DNA of 64,000 nt from Octopus sinensis (lineage: Eukaryota). The stretch covers positions 60,648,464 to 60,712,463 of the forward strand of contig NC_043011.1 of NCBI RefSeq assembly GCF_006345805.1, in the 5' to 3' direction. Made by a program: the position numbers and the translations under genes. Each line of letters opens with the position of its first letter. Within the stretch, counting starts at the first letter, position 1. Shown here piece after piece: positions 63,656-64,000 of this stretch. The notes under the pieces were generated by a model. It saw nothing but the letters and a program-made list of their open reading frames with translations. It did not search any database and was not told where the DNA came from.

Positions 63656-64000
63656 GAAAAATCAATATAATCAATGACCAACGTGAATGGATGGATAATA
63701 ATAATACTTTGTGATACTTGATTTCATTGTTATTGAATATATTAAACAAAAATCAAACGTACAAGATGGTAGTGGTGATGGGGATGGTGATGGTGGCAGC
63801 AGGGATGGTTGCAGCAATGGTGATGGTAGTCATTGGCTGGTGGTGGTGGTGGAAGTGACTGTGATAATGTGAATGGCGTGAGATATAAACAAAACAACGA
63901 CCACCATCCAGGAAGGATGGTCACAAGAACCGAGAGAAATAGCAGCTAAATTTCACACTATTTCATGCTATGATCTACCAATTCGGCAGAGCAGAGATAT

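Overview
AT-rich, repeat-saturated animal genomic DNA. The repeat repertoire (tRNA-derived CORE-like and Meta-like SINEs, (TA)n/(AAT)n/(GAT)n/(GA)n microsatellites) resembles what I recall from Octopus; this is inference, no search was run. I found no intact host gene, rRNA, tRNA gene or CRISPR array, so the window is probably intronic or intergenic. Most track ORFs are microsatellite or SINE read-throughs. Recognisable protein fossils are R4/Dong-clade non-LTR retrotransposons in (AAT)n tracts (7.1-9.9 kb, 32.1 kb), a DD37D (maT) Tc1/mariner transposase (24.2-24.7 kb), a Merlin/IS1595-like transposase (28.0-28.5 kb), CR1-type and RTE-type LINE 3' ends, and a tandem C2H2 fragment (2.5 kb). Non-autonomous DNA elements include a Helitron, Helentron/HINE-like elements and hAT, piggyBac-like and mariner MITEs. 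The most interesting signals are: (i) two hammerhead-ribozyme-like motifs in Penelope-like remnants (58.1 and 61.8 kb, minus strand), plus decayed ones in a local repeat at 13.6-19.8 kb; (ii) a fold-back element whose two arms share copy-private variants; (iii) a cluster of (AAT)n-associated R4 elements with a candidate non-coding partner; (iv) a Helitron carrying a decayed ORF fragment. Repeat boundaries were read by eye and are approximate (about +/-10-20 nt) unless a TSD or terminus is quoted.
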